Source: Octopus sinensis
Lineage: Eukaryota
Assembly: GCF_006345805.1 (NCBI RefSeq)
Contig: NW_021824756.1
Span: 1 to 17,766 of the forward strand
Reading direction: 5' to 3'
Length of the DNA stretch: 17,766 bases
A program made the translations under genes and the position numbers. Shown one piece after another: positions 1-10,306 of the stretch; the first letter of the stretch is position 1; the number at the start of each line of letters is the position of its first letter. The notes below the pieces were generated by a model. The model searched no databases. It was not told where the DNA came from and saw only the letters and a program-made list of their open reading frames with translations.

Positions 1-293
1 TAAAGCATACAATAATCGAAAACTGTTTGCAGAAGTCAGTTGAAATTTTTGAAGTTCATTTGAGAAGATCACAGATGTGCGATGAGAATAACCATGAGAT
101 GAAATGAAGAATCAATAAAATTTCAAAAACAAATGTGAACAGTTTTTTTTTATTTTTGTTTTTATATTTTGTTTATTTTTTATTTTCTCTTCAATATGGT
201 GATACTTCAAAGTACGAAGATTTATATATTGGTTTCAGTACAACGGATCGCAACCAGAAAACAAATTAAGACACATTCACTAACACCACACGT

Positions 294-368
294 ATATGTG
301 TGTATGTGTGTGTGAGTGTATGTGTGTGTAGGTGTATGGTATATATATATAATTATATATATATATCG

Positions 369-450
<82 letters not shown>
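294..450. repeat. (TG)n/(TA)n compound microsatellite
   Basis: Dinucleotide runs directly visible. Confidence 0.95.
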
Positions 451-453
<3 letters not shown>

Positions 454-1371
454 GATGTAGGTACGTACATATATTTTGTATGTATGCTATATTTTTTTTA
501 TCTCCTTATTGTCTGACCGCGGCCCCGCATCAGGTTCGTTCCGATTCGTCGTTTCGATCCACTTCTTGGTCCCCTTTTTTATATTTATATTATTATATTG
601 AAGATGCGGTACTCTCTCCCTTTGCTTTAACCTCTTCAATCTTTCTCCCTCCCACTCCTCCTCTCTCTTCGCCGCGTGTCCCCCCTCCTCCTCCCCTCTC
701 CTTGCCTATAAAACAAATTCCTTTACACACGTGTTCCCACTATTGAAAAGACTGCCTCCACGCGCGCTACTACTACACTTTCGTCCTTGCCAGCAAAAGC
801 TTCTTCTTCGTTCGTCCCCTTGTGTGGTTGATTTCCTGTATAGTATTCTTTTTTTGTTATTTTCTTTTTCTTTTTGTAACTATTGTACTTTTTGTACATG
901 TATTTTATTTTTTGCAGTTTTATCGTTTGTCTATGCCAGAAAAAGACTTTTTCGTTCGTCCCTCTTGGTTTGTTTTTGTACATGTATTTTAATTTTGCAG
1001 TCTTATTGTTACGTCTTGTTTGTGTTCGTACTCATTTTGCCCCGCTGCTTGGAATTTTATTTAATTCTCTCGCAGGAAGGCCTATTGGATTAGTGTTCTG
1101 TTATGCCTTCGAAACATGCCTGACTCCTCTAGCGACAGCTGATGACGGGGGTTTTGTCCTTGTGTAGCTCGTCCTGTATTTGTTTTTTTCGTTTTCTTGT
1201 TTTTCGTTTCCGTTTTCTTTGTTTTTTGTTTTTTGGCTTTTTCCGTTTCTACGTCCTTATTGTGATGTCCTGTACTCCCGTATAATTATTATATATGCAT
1301 GTATATATACATGTAGATGTAGGTACGTACACATATGTTTGTATGTATGCATATATTTTTATTTATCTCCT
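449..1371. mobile_element. Unclassified ~0.9-kb element bounded by ~58-bp direct repeats
   Basis: atgtagatgtaggtacgtaca..tatg/tttgtatgtatgc..atctcct occurs at 449-506 and 1311-1371. Both ends abut (TA)n. The interior is T-rich with no credible ORF. Confidence 0.5.
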
Positions 1372-1721
1372 ATATATATATATATATATATATACTTGTG
1401 TGTGTGTGTGTGATAAGACAGACGAATAGATTTTATGGTATCTCTACATTAAAAAATTTTATTCTGGCGTAAATATGTACATGAAGACATATATTAAGGT
1501 GCAAAGTTCATATGAACAAGCAATACGTTGCTTCATATTTCTTCCAAGTCATTAGGTTATAGATATTCTATTGGATAACCTCGGATTCCCAGTCTACTAA
1601 CACGAGTGGACTCTCCTGCTTGGACGATCTCTTCACAATCTTACTTGGATTGTTTTATCTGTTGAGTTGTGTCGTACTTCGTAGACTCCACATATTGCAT
1701 TCTTTACAATGGTTTCCTTGA

Positions 1722-1827
<106 letters not shown>

Positions 1828-1857
1828 CACAATAAGCACATAGGATATCCAGAGGTA

Positions 1858-1942
1858 TGCAGTACGATCGTTTCATGCAACTTCATTTAATTGAACAATG
1901 CAATCATTACATCAATTTAAAATGAGAGCATCTTCAGCTGCA
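1858..1942 (-). ncRNA. Type I hammerhead ribozyme motif
   Basis: Minus strand reads TGCAG-CTGAAGA-[long helix II]-GAAA-CGATCG-TA-CTGCA. Stem I is TGCAG/CTGCA, the CUGANGA and GAAA boxes are intact, the cleavage triplet is GUA, and helix III is palindromic (ACGATCGT). Confidence 0.75.
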
Positions 1943-1992
1943 CAAAGACATAGATTTAATTTAATTACATTTAATTAAATTCTATGTCTTTG

Positions 1993-2156
1993 TGCAGCTG
2001 AAGATTGCTCCACATTTTAAATTGATGTAATGATTGCATTGTTCAATTAAATGGAGTTGCATATCTTTGTGCAGCTAAAGATTGCTCTACATTTTAAATT
2101 GATGTAATGATTACATTGTTCAATTAAATGGAGTTGCATGAAACGATCGTACTGCA
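1993..2156 (+). ncRNA. Type I hammerhead ribozyme motif with duplicated helix II segment
   Basis: TGCAG 1993-1997, CTGAAGA 1998-2004, second degenerate box CTAAAGA 2075-2081, GAAA 2140-2143, CGATCG-TA 2144-2151, CTGCA 2152-2156. Confidence 0.65.
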
Positions 2157-2280
2157 TTACTTCTGGATATCCTTGTTGCTTATTTTGATTTTAATCACCT
2201 TACTTTGAAATTGTATAGATAATTCCGTACTAATTTCTGGTGCCTCAACTTCAGTACCATATTCATCTGAATATACATAC

Positions 2281-2324
<44 letters not shown>

Positions 2325-2338
2325 TATATATGTATATA

Positions 2339-2580
2339 GGCGTGACTGTGTGGTAAGAAGCTTGCTTCCCAACCATATGGTTCCGGGTTCCAGTCCCACT
2401 GTGTGGCATCTTCGGCAAGTGGATTCTACTATAGCCTCAGGGCGACCAAACCTTGTGAGTGAATTTAGTAGAAGGCAGCTGAATATGTCCGTCGTGTATA
2501 TATATGCATGTGTGTGTGTGCGCGGGTGTGTGTGTATGTATGTGTGCGTATGTATGTGTGCGTATATATATATATATGTA

Positions 2581-2645
<65 letters not shown>

Positions 2646-2850
2646 TGTGCTTTGTGTCTGTCTCTCATCACCGCTTGACAATCGGTGTTGGTGTGTTAAC
2701 ATCTCCCTAACTTACCGGTTCAGCAAAAGCGTCTAATAGAACAAGTATTAGGCTAAAAAAAAGTCCTGGTGTTGATTTGTTTGACTATAGCCCTTCAAAG
2801 CGGTGCTCCAGCATGACCACAGTCAAATGACTGAAACAAATAAAAGAATA
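2339..2850 (+). mobile_element. tRNA-derived SINE, family A (central microsatellite), full length
   Basis: Head tgtggtaagaagcttgcttcccaacc..ggttccgggttc with A/B-box-like motifs, a central TA/TG tract, and 3' end gcggtgctccagcatg..gactgaaac. Homologous to other copies in this window. Confidence 0.85.
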
Positions 2851-3445
2851 ACAGTGTGGAATTGATCGCGATTTCATTGGCTTTGCAGGGCGGAATTAGA
2901 TCCACACATAATATAAGTTCAGTTTCACTACCTGGAATAAGAGACATATTTGTATGCGTTTAACGATTCCGAACGTGAACATGAACTGCAGCTTGTAATC
3001 CCGAAAGAGTTTAGCTTGCAATCTCAACGTATTTACGTATTCATTTATTCATTTTATTATATGTTTTTTTGTTTTTTTTTTGGGGGGGGGGTTCCCACCA
3101 CCCACCTTTTTTTTTGTGGCTGAAACAATATGTTCTGACATGGTAAAACATTCTCCCCTAATATATACAATAGATAAAAGTTTGAAACATTAGATGAGAC
3201 AACAAAATAATAATAATAAACATGCTAGTGATGAATACATATGACAAAATATTGCAACTTGCAGGAATAAAAACTTGCATATTTATATATGGAAAAGCTT
3301 ATGGCGTAAAAAATGGCGCACAAAAAATATTACATAGGTAAAGGGAACGCTACATAGCTTAATATAAGAAAACCAAACACAGAATTCTAGATTCATAATA
3401 AATGTCAAAATACATTAAAAGAGGGAGCTATATGATTAATAATGC

Positions 3446-3447
<2 letters not shown>

Positions 3448-3510
<63 letters not shown>

Positions 3511-3705
3511 ATTATATAATATATATATATACACACACATATATGTACGTATATGTGTGCGTGTGCGCGCGCCTATGTACGCGTGTTAGTGTGTATAGAT
3601 ATATACATATATACATACACTTACGCATGTACAGACAAACACGGGCAGATACCACACACACACCATATATATATATATATATTATATATATATATATATA
3701 TATAT
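3448..3705. repeat. (TA)n/(CA)n/(TG)n compound microsatellite
   Basis: Directly visible. Confidence 0.9.
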
Positions 3706-4052
3706 TAAAAGAACGACGGGTTCCATTTATTATGAAGTGACATTATTCATTAAAGGCACACACAGTTTTATGAACAGAGTCAGTAAGCCCTATGTACCTT
3801 CACGTTCTCTCTCCTTTTCTCTTTCTCTTTCTCTCTCTCTCTCTCATTCTCTGAGTAAATATATATGCATGTATAGATATGAGTATGTATGTGCATGTTT
3901 GAGTTTTATATATATATATATATATATATAAAACTCAAACATGCATATACATACTCATATTTATATATATACACATATATGTATATTTATACATACGTAT
4001 GTATATATATATGTGTGTGTGTGTATACATACATATATATGTATATATATAT

Positions 4053-4265
4053 AGGCAGAAACGTTAGCACGCTGGGCGAAATGCGTAGCTGTATTTCGTC
4101 TGTCGTCACGTTCCGAGTTCAAATCCGCCGAGGTCGACTTTGCCTTCATCCTTTCGGGGTCGATGAATTAAGTACAGTTACACACTGGGTCGATATAATC
4201 GACTTAATCCGTTGTCTGTCCTTGTTTGTCCTCTGTGTTTAGCCCTTGTGGGTAGTAAAGAAATA
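4053..4265 (+). mobile_element. tRNA-derived SINE, family B (monomer)
   Basis: ggcagaaacgttagcacgctgggcgaaatgc..gagttcaaatccgccgaggtcgactttgcc matches the reverse complement of ~6500-6720 and ~9970-10193. Confidence 0.85.
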
Positions 4266-4832
4266 TATATATATATGTATACATATATATATATATGTAT
4301 ATATATGCACATATATATATACAATATAATACATATATATATATATATACATATATAAATGTATATATATGCACATATATATACATTATATATACACATA
4401 TATATATATACATATATATACATATATATATATACATATATAGAAATATATATATGCACATATATATATACATATATATACACATATATATATACATATA
4501 TATACATATATATATATGTATATATATATTTCTATATACTTATATATATATTCATGTATATCTATATAATACATATATATATTACATATAATATACTCTA
4601 TATATACATACATATTATAACCTAAATATATACATACATATACATACATACATATACATACATATATAACATTATAGTTATACATATATATATATATATA
4701 TATACATATATATATTACATATATATACATATATATATACATATATATCGTATATATATATATATACATATATATATACGTAATATATACATACATAATA
4801 TAATATAATATATATATTATATGTATATCTAC

Positions 4833-4923
<91 letters not shown>

Positions 4924-4930
4924 TATATAA
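4263..4930. repeat. Long degenerate (TA)n/(TACA)n tract
   Basis: About 670 bp of almost pure TA/TACA units. Confidence 0.95.
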
Positions 4931-5207
4931 TAAATGTGGAGTGGGGCGACAGAGGGAGAAGATGGAGCTATATTAGTAAATGTGAAATCAGCAATATTTG
5001 TTCATAAAAGACAATATAAATAATGGTCTATATTGATAAGTAATTTTTGGGAAATCAAAGAAACACAGATATGAAAACGCAATTTCATGACGATAATGGA
5101 GTTTCAGCTGAAGGGAATAGCTTTTAAAACTGTACACGTCTGATGCGATTGAGAACTTTTTGCTTGTTGTAAGCGCATACGTTCTACAGAGAGAGTATGT
5201 ATTTGTG

Positions 5208-5219
5208 CTAGATAGATAA

Positions 5220-5284
<65 letters not shown>

Positions 5285-5346
5285 CAGACAGTCAGACAGA
5301 CAGACAGGCAAACAGATAGATAGATAAGGGATGGGTTTTAGGTAGG

Positions 5347-5395
<49 letters not shown>

Positions 5396-5396
5396 G

Positions 5397-5454
<58 letters not shown>

Positions 5455-5522
5455 CAGATAGTTAGATAGAAAGGTGATTGATAGGTAGAGAAAGAGAGAG
5501 ACAGACAGATAGACAGACAGAC

Positions 5523-5608
<86 letters not shown>

Positions 5609-5703
5609 TGGGTGGGTGGGTTTTAGGTAGGTAGACAAAAAGGTGATTGATAGGTAGAGAAAGAGAGAGACAGACAGACAGTCAGGCAGGCAGACAGACA
5701 GAC

Positions 5704-5775
<72 letters not shown>
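5208..5775. repeat. (GATA)n/(GACA)n tetranucleotide array with repeated spacers
   Basis: GATA runs interrupted by twice-occurring spacers gggttttaggtaggtaga and aaggtgattgataggtagagaaagagagagacagacag. Confidence 0.95.
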
Positions 5776-5970
5776 GTTAAAGTTTATTACATTACGTTGC
5801 ATATAGTGTAACGAGTACTCAATAACGCAAATAGAATATTTATTACCGTTATAAACATGACTTCAATTACTTTACATTTGACAAGGAACTTGGAGTAACG
5901 AAAGCAGTTTCCTATTGTATTTCTAATATAATGTACTTTATAGCTGTGTGGACGATGGTTTGGCTGTTGA

Positions 5971-6290
5971 AGGCGCAATCATTAGTGTGTGGTTAAGATG
6001 TTCTTTGAAACCACTGGTTTGGGGTTCAATGCCAACTGCACTGCACGTTGCGCAAGTCTTCTGCTATAGCCTGACCGAGGAATTTTGTTAGACAGAGACT
6101 GTGTTGAAGCCTGTCATATATGTGAGCATGTGTCTGTGGGTGTCTATTTGTCACCCCACCACCGATCAACGGCTTAAAAACATAAGTACTTGGGGTGATT
6201 GGTTCGACTAAAACCCTTCAAAGTGGTGGCCGCCCCACATGACCACATTCAGTAACTGAAAGTACTAAATATAACAGATAACAGAAAGAT
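5971..6290 (+). mobile_element. Diverged family A-like SINE
   Basis: gtgtggttaag..ggggttcaat..cttctgctatagcct..ataagtacttgggg..cgactaaaacccttcaaagtggtg aligns with 2339-2850, with internal deletions. Confidence 0.7.
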
Positions 6291-6300
6291 ATTTATGCAA

Positions 6301-6720
6301 TAATCTTTTCTACTCTAGGTACAAGCCCGAAATCTGCGGGAAGGGGGCCAGTCGATTAGAACGACCCCCAGTACGGAACCGGTACTTAATTTATCGACTC
6401 CGGAAGGATGAAAGGCAAAGTCAACCTCGCGAAATTGAACTCGGAACATAAAGACAGACGAATACCACTAAGCATTTCGCCCGGCGTGATAACGTTTCTT
6501 CTTTCTTTAGTGCCCACAGGGGCTACACACAGAGGGGACAAACACGAAAAACGGATTAAGTAGATTATATCGACTCAGTGCGTAACTGGTACTTATTTAA
6601 TCGACCCCAAAAGGATGAAAGGTAAAGTCGACCTCGGCGGAATTAACTCAGAACGTAACGGCAGACGAAATACCACTAATCATTTCGCCCGGCGTGCTAA
6701 CGTTCTACCAGTTCGCCGCC
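6301..6720 (-). mobile_element. Family B SINE dimer
   Basis: Two successive acgttagcacgccgggcgaaatg..gagttcaa..cgaggt units on the minus strand, with different tails. Confidence 0.85.
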
Positions 6721-6834
6721 TTATTATATGCATATAATATTATTATATGTACACACACACACACACACACACTACACACACAGATAGACACACACATAAC
6801 CTAAGCAAAATAAAGGATGATTATAAAGCAAATG

Positions 6835-6925
6835 CAGTAATCCCACGACTATCGCGGGTGTTACGTTCCAAAACACTCCGCGATAGGTGAAATCGGCGAA
6901 GCGGACACAGTACGGTACTGTGCAT
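6835..6925 (+). mobile_element. Tigger/pogo-like (Tc1-mariner superfamily) terminal fragment
   Basis: Begins CAGTAATCCCACGACTATCGCGG, resembling Tigger-type TIRs, with subterminal inverted motif tatcgcgg..ccgcgata. No partner TIR is seen. Confidence 0.5.
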
Positions 6926-6945
6926 TTTTAAAATTATTTTTATAA

Positions 6946-7160
6946 TTTATTCTTTTACACGTTTCAGTCATTTGACTGTAGCCATGCTGGATCACCGCCT
7001 TTAGTCGAACAAATCTACCCCAGGGCTTATTCTTTGTAAGCCTAGTACTTATTCCATCGGTCTCTTTTGCCGACCCGCAAAGTTTCGAAGACTTAAACGT
7101 ACCAACATCGGTTGTCAAGCGATGATGGAGGGACAAACACAGACACAAAGACACACACAG
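6946..7160 (-). mobile_element. Family A SINE, 3' half
   Basis: Reverse complement of the 3' part of 16531-16907 (gtttcagtcatttgactg..gggacaaacacagacac). Confidence 0.85.
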
Positions 7161-7254
7161 ACCCACATAAATATATATATATAATATATATATTATATAT
7201 ATATATATATATAAACGAAAGAAGTTTGAAATGCTATTTTAAAAGATGTTTATT

Positions 7255-7293
7255 TTACTTTACCGGTTTCACTCTTTGGAAAAAGATTGTCAA
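7255..7293 (-). ncRNA. Truncated hammerhead motif (5' strand of stem I missing)
   Basis: Minus strand reads TTGACAA-TCTTTTTCCAAAGAGT-GAAA-CCGG-TA-AAGTAA, but the upstream TTACTT is absent. Confidence 0.5.
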
Positions 7294-8249
7294 CCCAACA
7301 GACATGGACATACATACGAACAAACACATACATACACACTCACACCATTCTGACCTCCATACAGACACACATATACACACGCAGCACCATGCCAAATGCC
7401 ATCCACACACATACATACACGCACAAACACACACACACAACACCAAGACAACCTCACACACGGTTGACAAATGGGCACACATATACACACACCATCCTAC
7501 CAGATTTTACAAACACACAGACACATCTATTCACACCACATATGTATATACACACACACAAAGACACACACACTCACATCATCCTAACCTCTAAAACCAA
7601 TCCCCAAATCATTGATGCTTGATGGAGAGACAAAAAGGATAAATTCTTTTCAGTTCCACATTACTCCTCCTTCCCCCACCCAAACACACCTGCAGTGTCC
7701 CTTGAAATAGATAATATTCTTTTACGTTAACATGGTGGACAGGTCAGTTTTAGCTTCCCTACTATTATAATGTAAACCTTTTTGAACTCATAATATTCTG
7801 TGCGTGTATACCAATATTCCACAGAACTTTTTAATAATTCCTTCTGGAAATTATCTTGAGAATGTATAATATATTTGTTGTAATCTTTTGTGCCTAATAT
7901 TTCAATGGACTTGTTAAACTTTTTTATGTTCTCAACATGCTCTTGTCACCAAAGAATGTATATATATATGCATTGTAGTACTCTGTGTCAACCAATATTC
8001 TGTGCGTGTTTGAATATACAGATACAATACCAATACCAATATCCCACTGAACTTTTTAATAATTCCTCCTGGAAACTATCTTAAACATGTTCCTGAGAAT
8101 GATCATTCATGTTGTAATCTTTTGTGCCCAATATTTTAAGGAACTTGTTAAACTTTTTTATGTCCTTAACATGTCCTTGTTACCAAAGACTGTATATATG
8201 TAATGTAGCAATGTGTAACACCAATAATTAACGCAACCAAACTTCTATG

Positions 8250-8294
8250 TTACTTTTGACAATCTTTTCCAAAGATGTGAAACCGGTAAAGTAA
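8250..8294 (+). ncRNA. Minimal type I hammerhead motif with U3-A8 core variant
   Basis: TTACTT(8250-8255)-TTGACAA(8256-8262)-TCTTTTCCAAAGATGT-GAAA(8279-8282)-CCGG-TA(8287-8288)-AAGTAA(8289-8294). Stem I has 6 bp, helix III is palindromic ACCGGT, and AATAAA follows at 8293-8298. Confidence 0.6.
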
Positions 8295-8541
8295 ATAAAC
8301 ATATTTTAAAATTGCATTTTCAAACCTTCCTTCGTATATAATTCCACTCGTTCGGTACCCACCACTCCATTTGTTATATCTTATCTATATATATATATAT
8401 ATATATAGATATAGATATATATATCTATATATATATAAATAAAGACTTGTTTTATTTATATTTCCTGAGCGCCATACTAATACAATTGTTCGTTTGTTTC
8501 CACCTGCCTTCGTCTTTTGTTTATTTTCATAAAGCTTACCG

Positions 8542-8605
<64 letters not shown>

Positions 8606-8607
<2 letters not shown>

Positions 8608-8771
8608 GATGGGCTTCTTTCAGTTTCCGTCTTCTAAATCTACTCACAAGGCTTTGGTCGGTCCGAGGCTATAGTAGAACACACTTGCCCAAGGTGCCAC
8701 GCAGTGGAGCTGAACCCGGAACCGAGTGGTTGGGAGCAAGCTTCTTAGCACACAGCCACGCCGGCACCTGT
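8606..8771 (-). mobile_element. Family A SINE, 5' half
   Basis: Minus strand ggcgtggctgtgtgctaagaagcttgctcccaacc..ggttccgggttcag..cttgggcaagtgt..gaaactgaaagaagccc. Confidence 0.85.
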
Positions 8772-9145
8772 ATAGTTATTTATTTTATCATAAATGCAAC
8801 ACAACACCACGGAGGAATCGACGTAAGCTTAAATAATAAACCGCCATAGGTGAACCGCAAGAAATTCATCTAGTGAAAAATAAGAGTAGAAATGTGCAAC
8901 GAAACAACAACCATTTGAAGCATATTCACAATGAAAATACATACACAAATGAAAGGAATAGAAGATATGACGTTTCGGATTAATATTTCATCAAGGTCGA
9001 AGTAAAATAAGAGATTTCAGAAAAGAGGAAATGGAAACGATACTGAATTTATGTCTGTCTATAAATTAGTCTTAATGTGCGCAAATGTTGTATGTGTCTG
9101 TGTACATATATAAACAAATATATGTACATATACGTATATATATAT

Positions 9146-9147
<2 letters not shown>

Positions 9148-9235
<88 letters not shown>
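9148..9235. repeat. (GATA)n microsatellite at duplication junction
   Basis: Directly visible. Confidence 0.95.
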
Positions 9236-9430
9236 GTTAAAGTTTATTACATTACGTTGCATATAGTGTAACGAGTACTCAATAACGCAAATAGAATATT
9301 TATTACCGTTATAAACATGACTTCAATTACTTTACATTTGACAAGGAACTTGGAGTAACGAAAGCAGTTTCCTATTGTATTTCTAATATAATGTACTTTA
9401 TAGCTGTGTGGACGATGGTTTGGCTGTTGA

Positions 9431-9750
9431 AGGCGCAATCATTAGTGTGTGGTTAAGACGCTCTTTGAAACCACGTGGTTTGGGGTTCAATGCCAACTGC
9501 ACTGCACGTTGCGCAAGTATCTTCTGCTATAGCCTGGACCGAGGGAATTTGTTAGACAGAGACTGTGTTGAAGCCTGTCATATATGTGAGCATGTGTCTG
9601 TGGGTGTCTATTTGTCACCCCACCACCGATCAACGGCTTAAAAACATAAGTACTTGGGGTGATTGGTTCGACTAAAACCCTTCAAAGTGGTGCCCCAGCA
9701 TGACCACAGTTCAGTAACTGAAAGTACTAAATATAACAGATAACAGAAAG
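9431..9750 (+). mobile_element. Diverged family A-like SINE (duplicate of 5971-6290)
   Basis: Near-identical to 5971-6290. Confidence 0.7.
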
Positions 9751-9768
9751 ATATTATATGCATATAAT

Positions 9769-10194
9769 CTTTTCTACTCTAGGTACAAGGCCCGAAATCT
9801 GCGGGAAGGGGGCCAGTCGATTAGAACGACCCCAGTACGGAACCGGTACTTAATTTATCGACTCCGGAAGGATGAAAGGCAAAGTCAACCTCGGCGAAAT
9901 TTGAACTCGGAACATAAAGACAGACGAAATACCACTAAGCATTTCGCCCGGCGTGATAACGTTTCTTCTTTCTTTAGTGCCCACAAGGGGCTACACACAG
10001 AGGGGACAAACAAGGACAAACGGATTAAGTAGATTATATCGACTCCAGTGCGTAACTGGTACTTATTTAATCGACCCCAAAAGGATGAAAGGTAAAGTCG
10101 ACCTCGGCGGAATTTGAACTCAGAACGTAACGGCAGACGAAATACCACTAATCATTTCGCCCGGCGTGCTAACGTTTCTACCAGTTCGCCGCCT
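9769..10194 (-). mobile_element. Family B SINE dimer with 17-bp target-site duplication
   Basis: tattatatgcatataat flanks the element at 9752-9768 and 10195-10211. Confidence 0.9.
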
Positions 10195-10220
10195 TATTAT
10201 ATGCATATAATATTATATAT

Positions 10221-10255
<35 letters not shown>

Positions 10256-10306
10256 TAGACACACATAAACATAAGCAGTAAATAAAGGATGATTATAAAG
10301 CAAATG

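Larger units (their letters stand above)
7213..8338 (+). mobile_element. ORF-less hammerhead-bearing element with ~80-bp inverted ends (non-autonomous Penelope-like element candidate)
   Basis: 7213-7293 is the reverse complement of 8256-8338. The interior is CA-rich, then AT-rich with a ~200-bp duplication. It lies in (TA)n between two halves of a SINE. Confidence 0.65.
5776..9235 (+). repeat. Tandem segmental duplication, copy 1
   Basis: 5776-7075 matches 9236-10547 (start offset 3460), and 8610-~9150 matches 10548-~11090. Confidence 0.9.

Noticed and set aside
731-1413. Hydrophobic F/L/C-rich ORFs resembling membrane proteins
   Set aside because: Explained by T-rich composition of the repeat element; no recognisable domain.
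5208-5775. Repeat-spacer pattern suggestive of a CRISPR array
   Set aside because: Simple GATA microsatellite in eukaryotic DNA; no constant-length repeats with unique spacers and no cas genes.
7112-7622. His/Thr-rich ORFs of 160 and 111 aa
   Set aside because: Products of degenerate CA-rich sequence.
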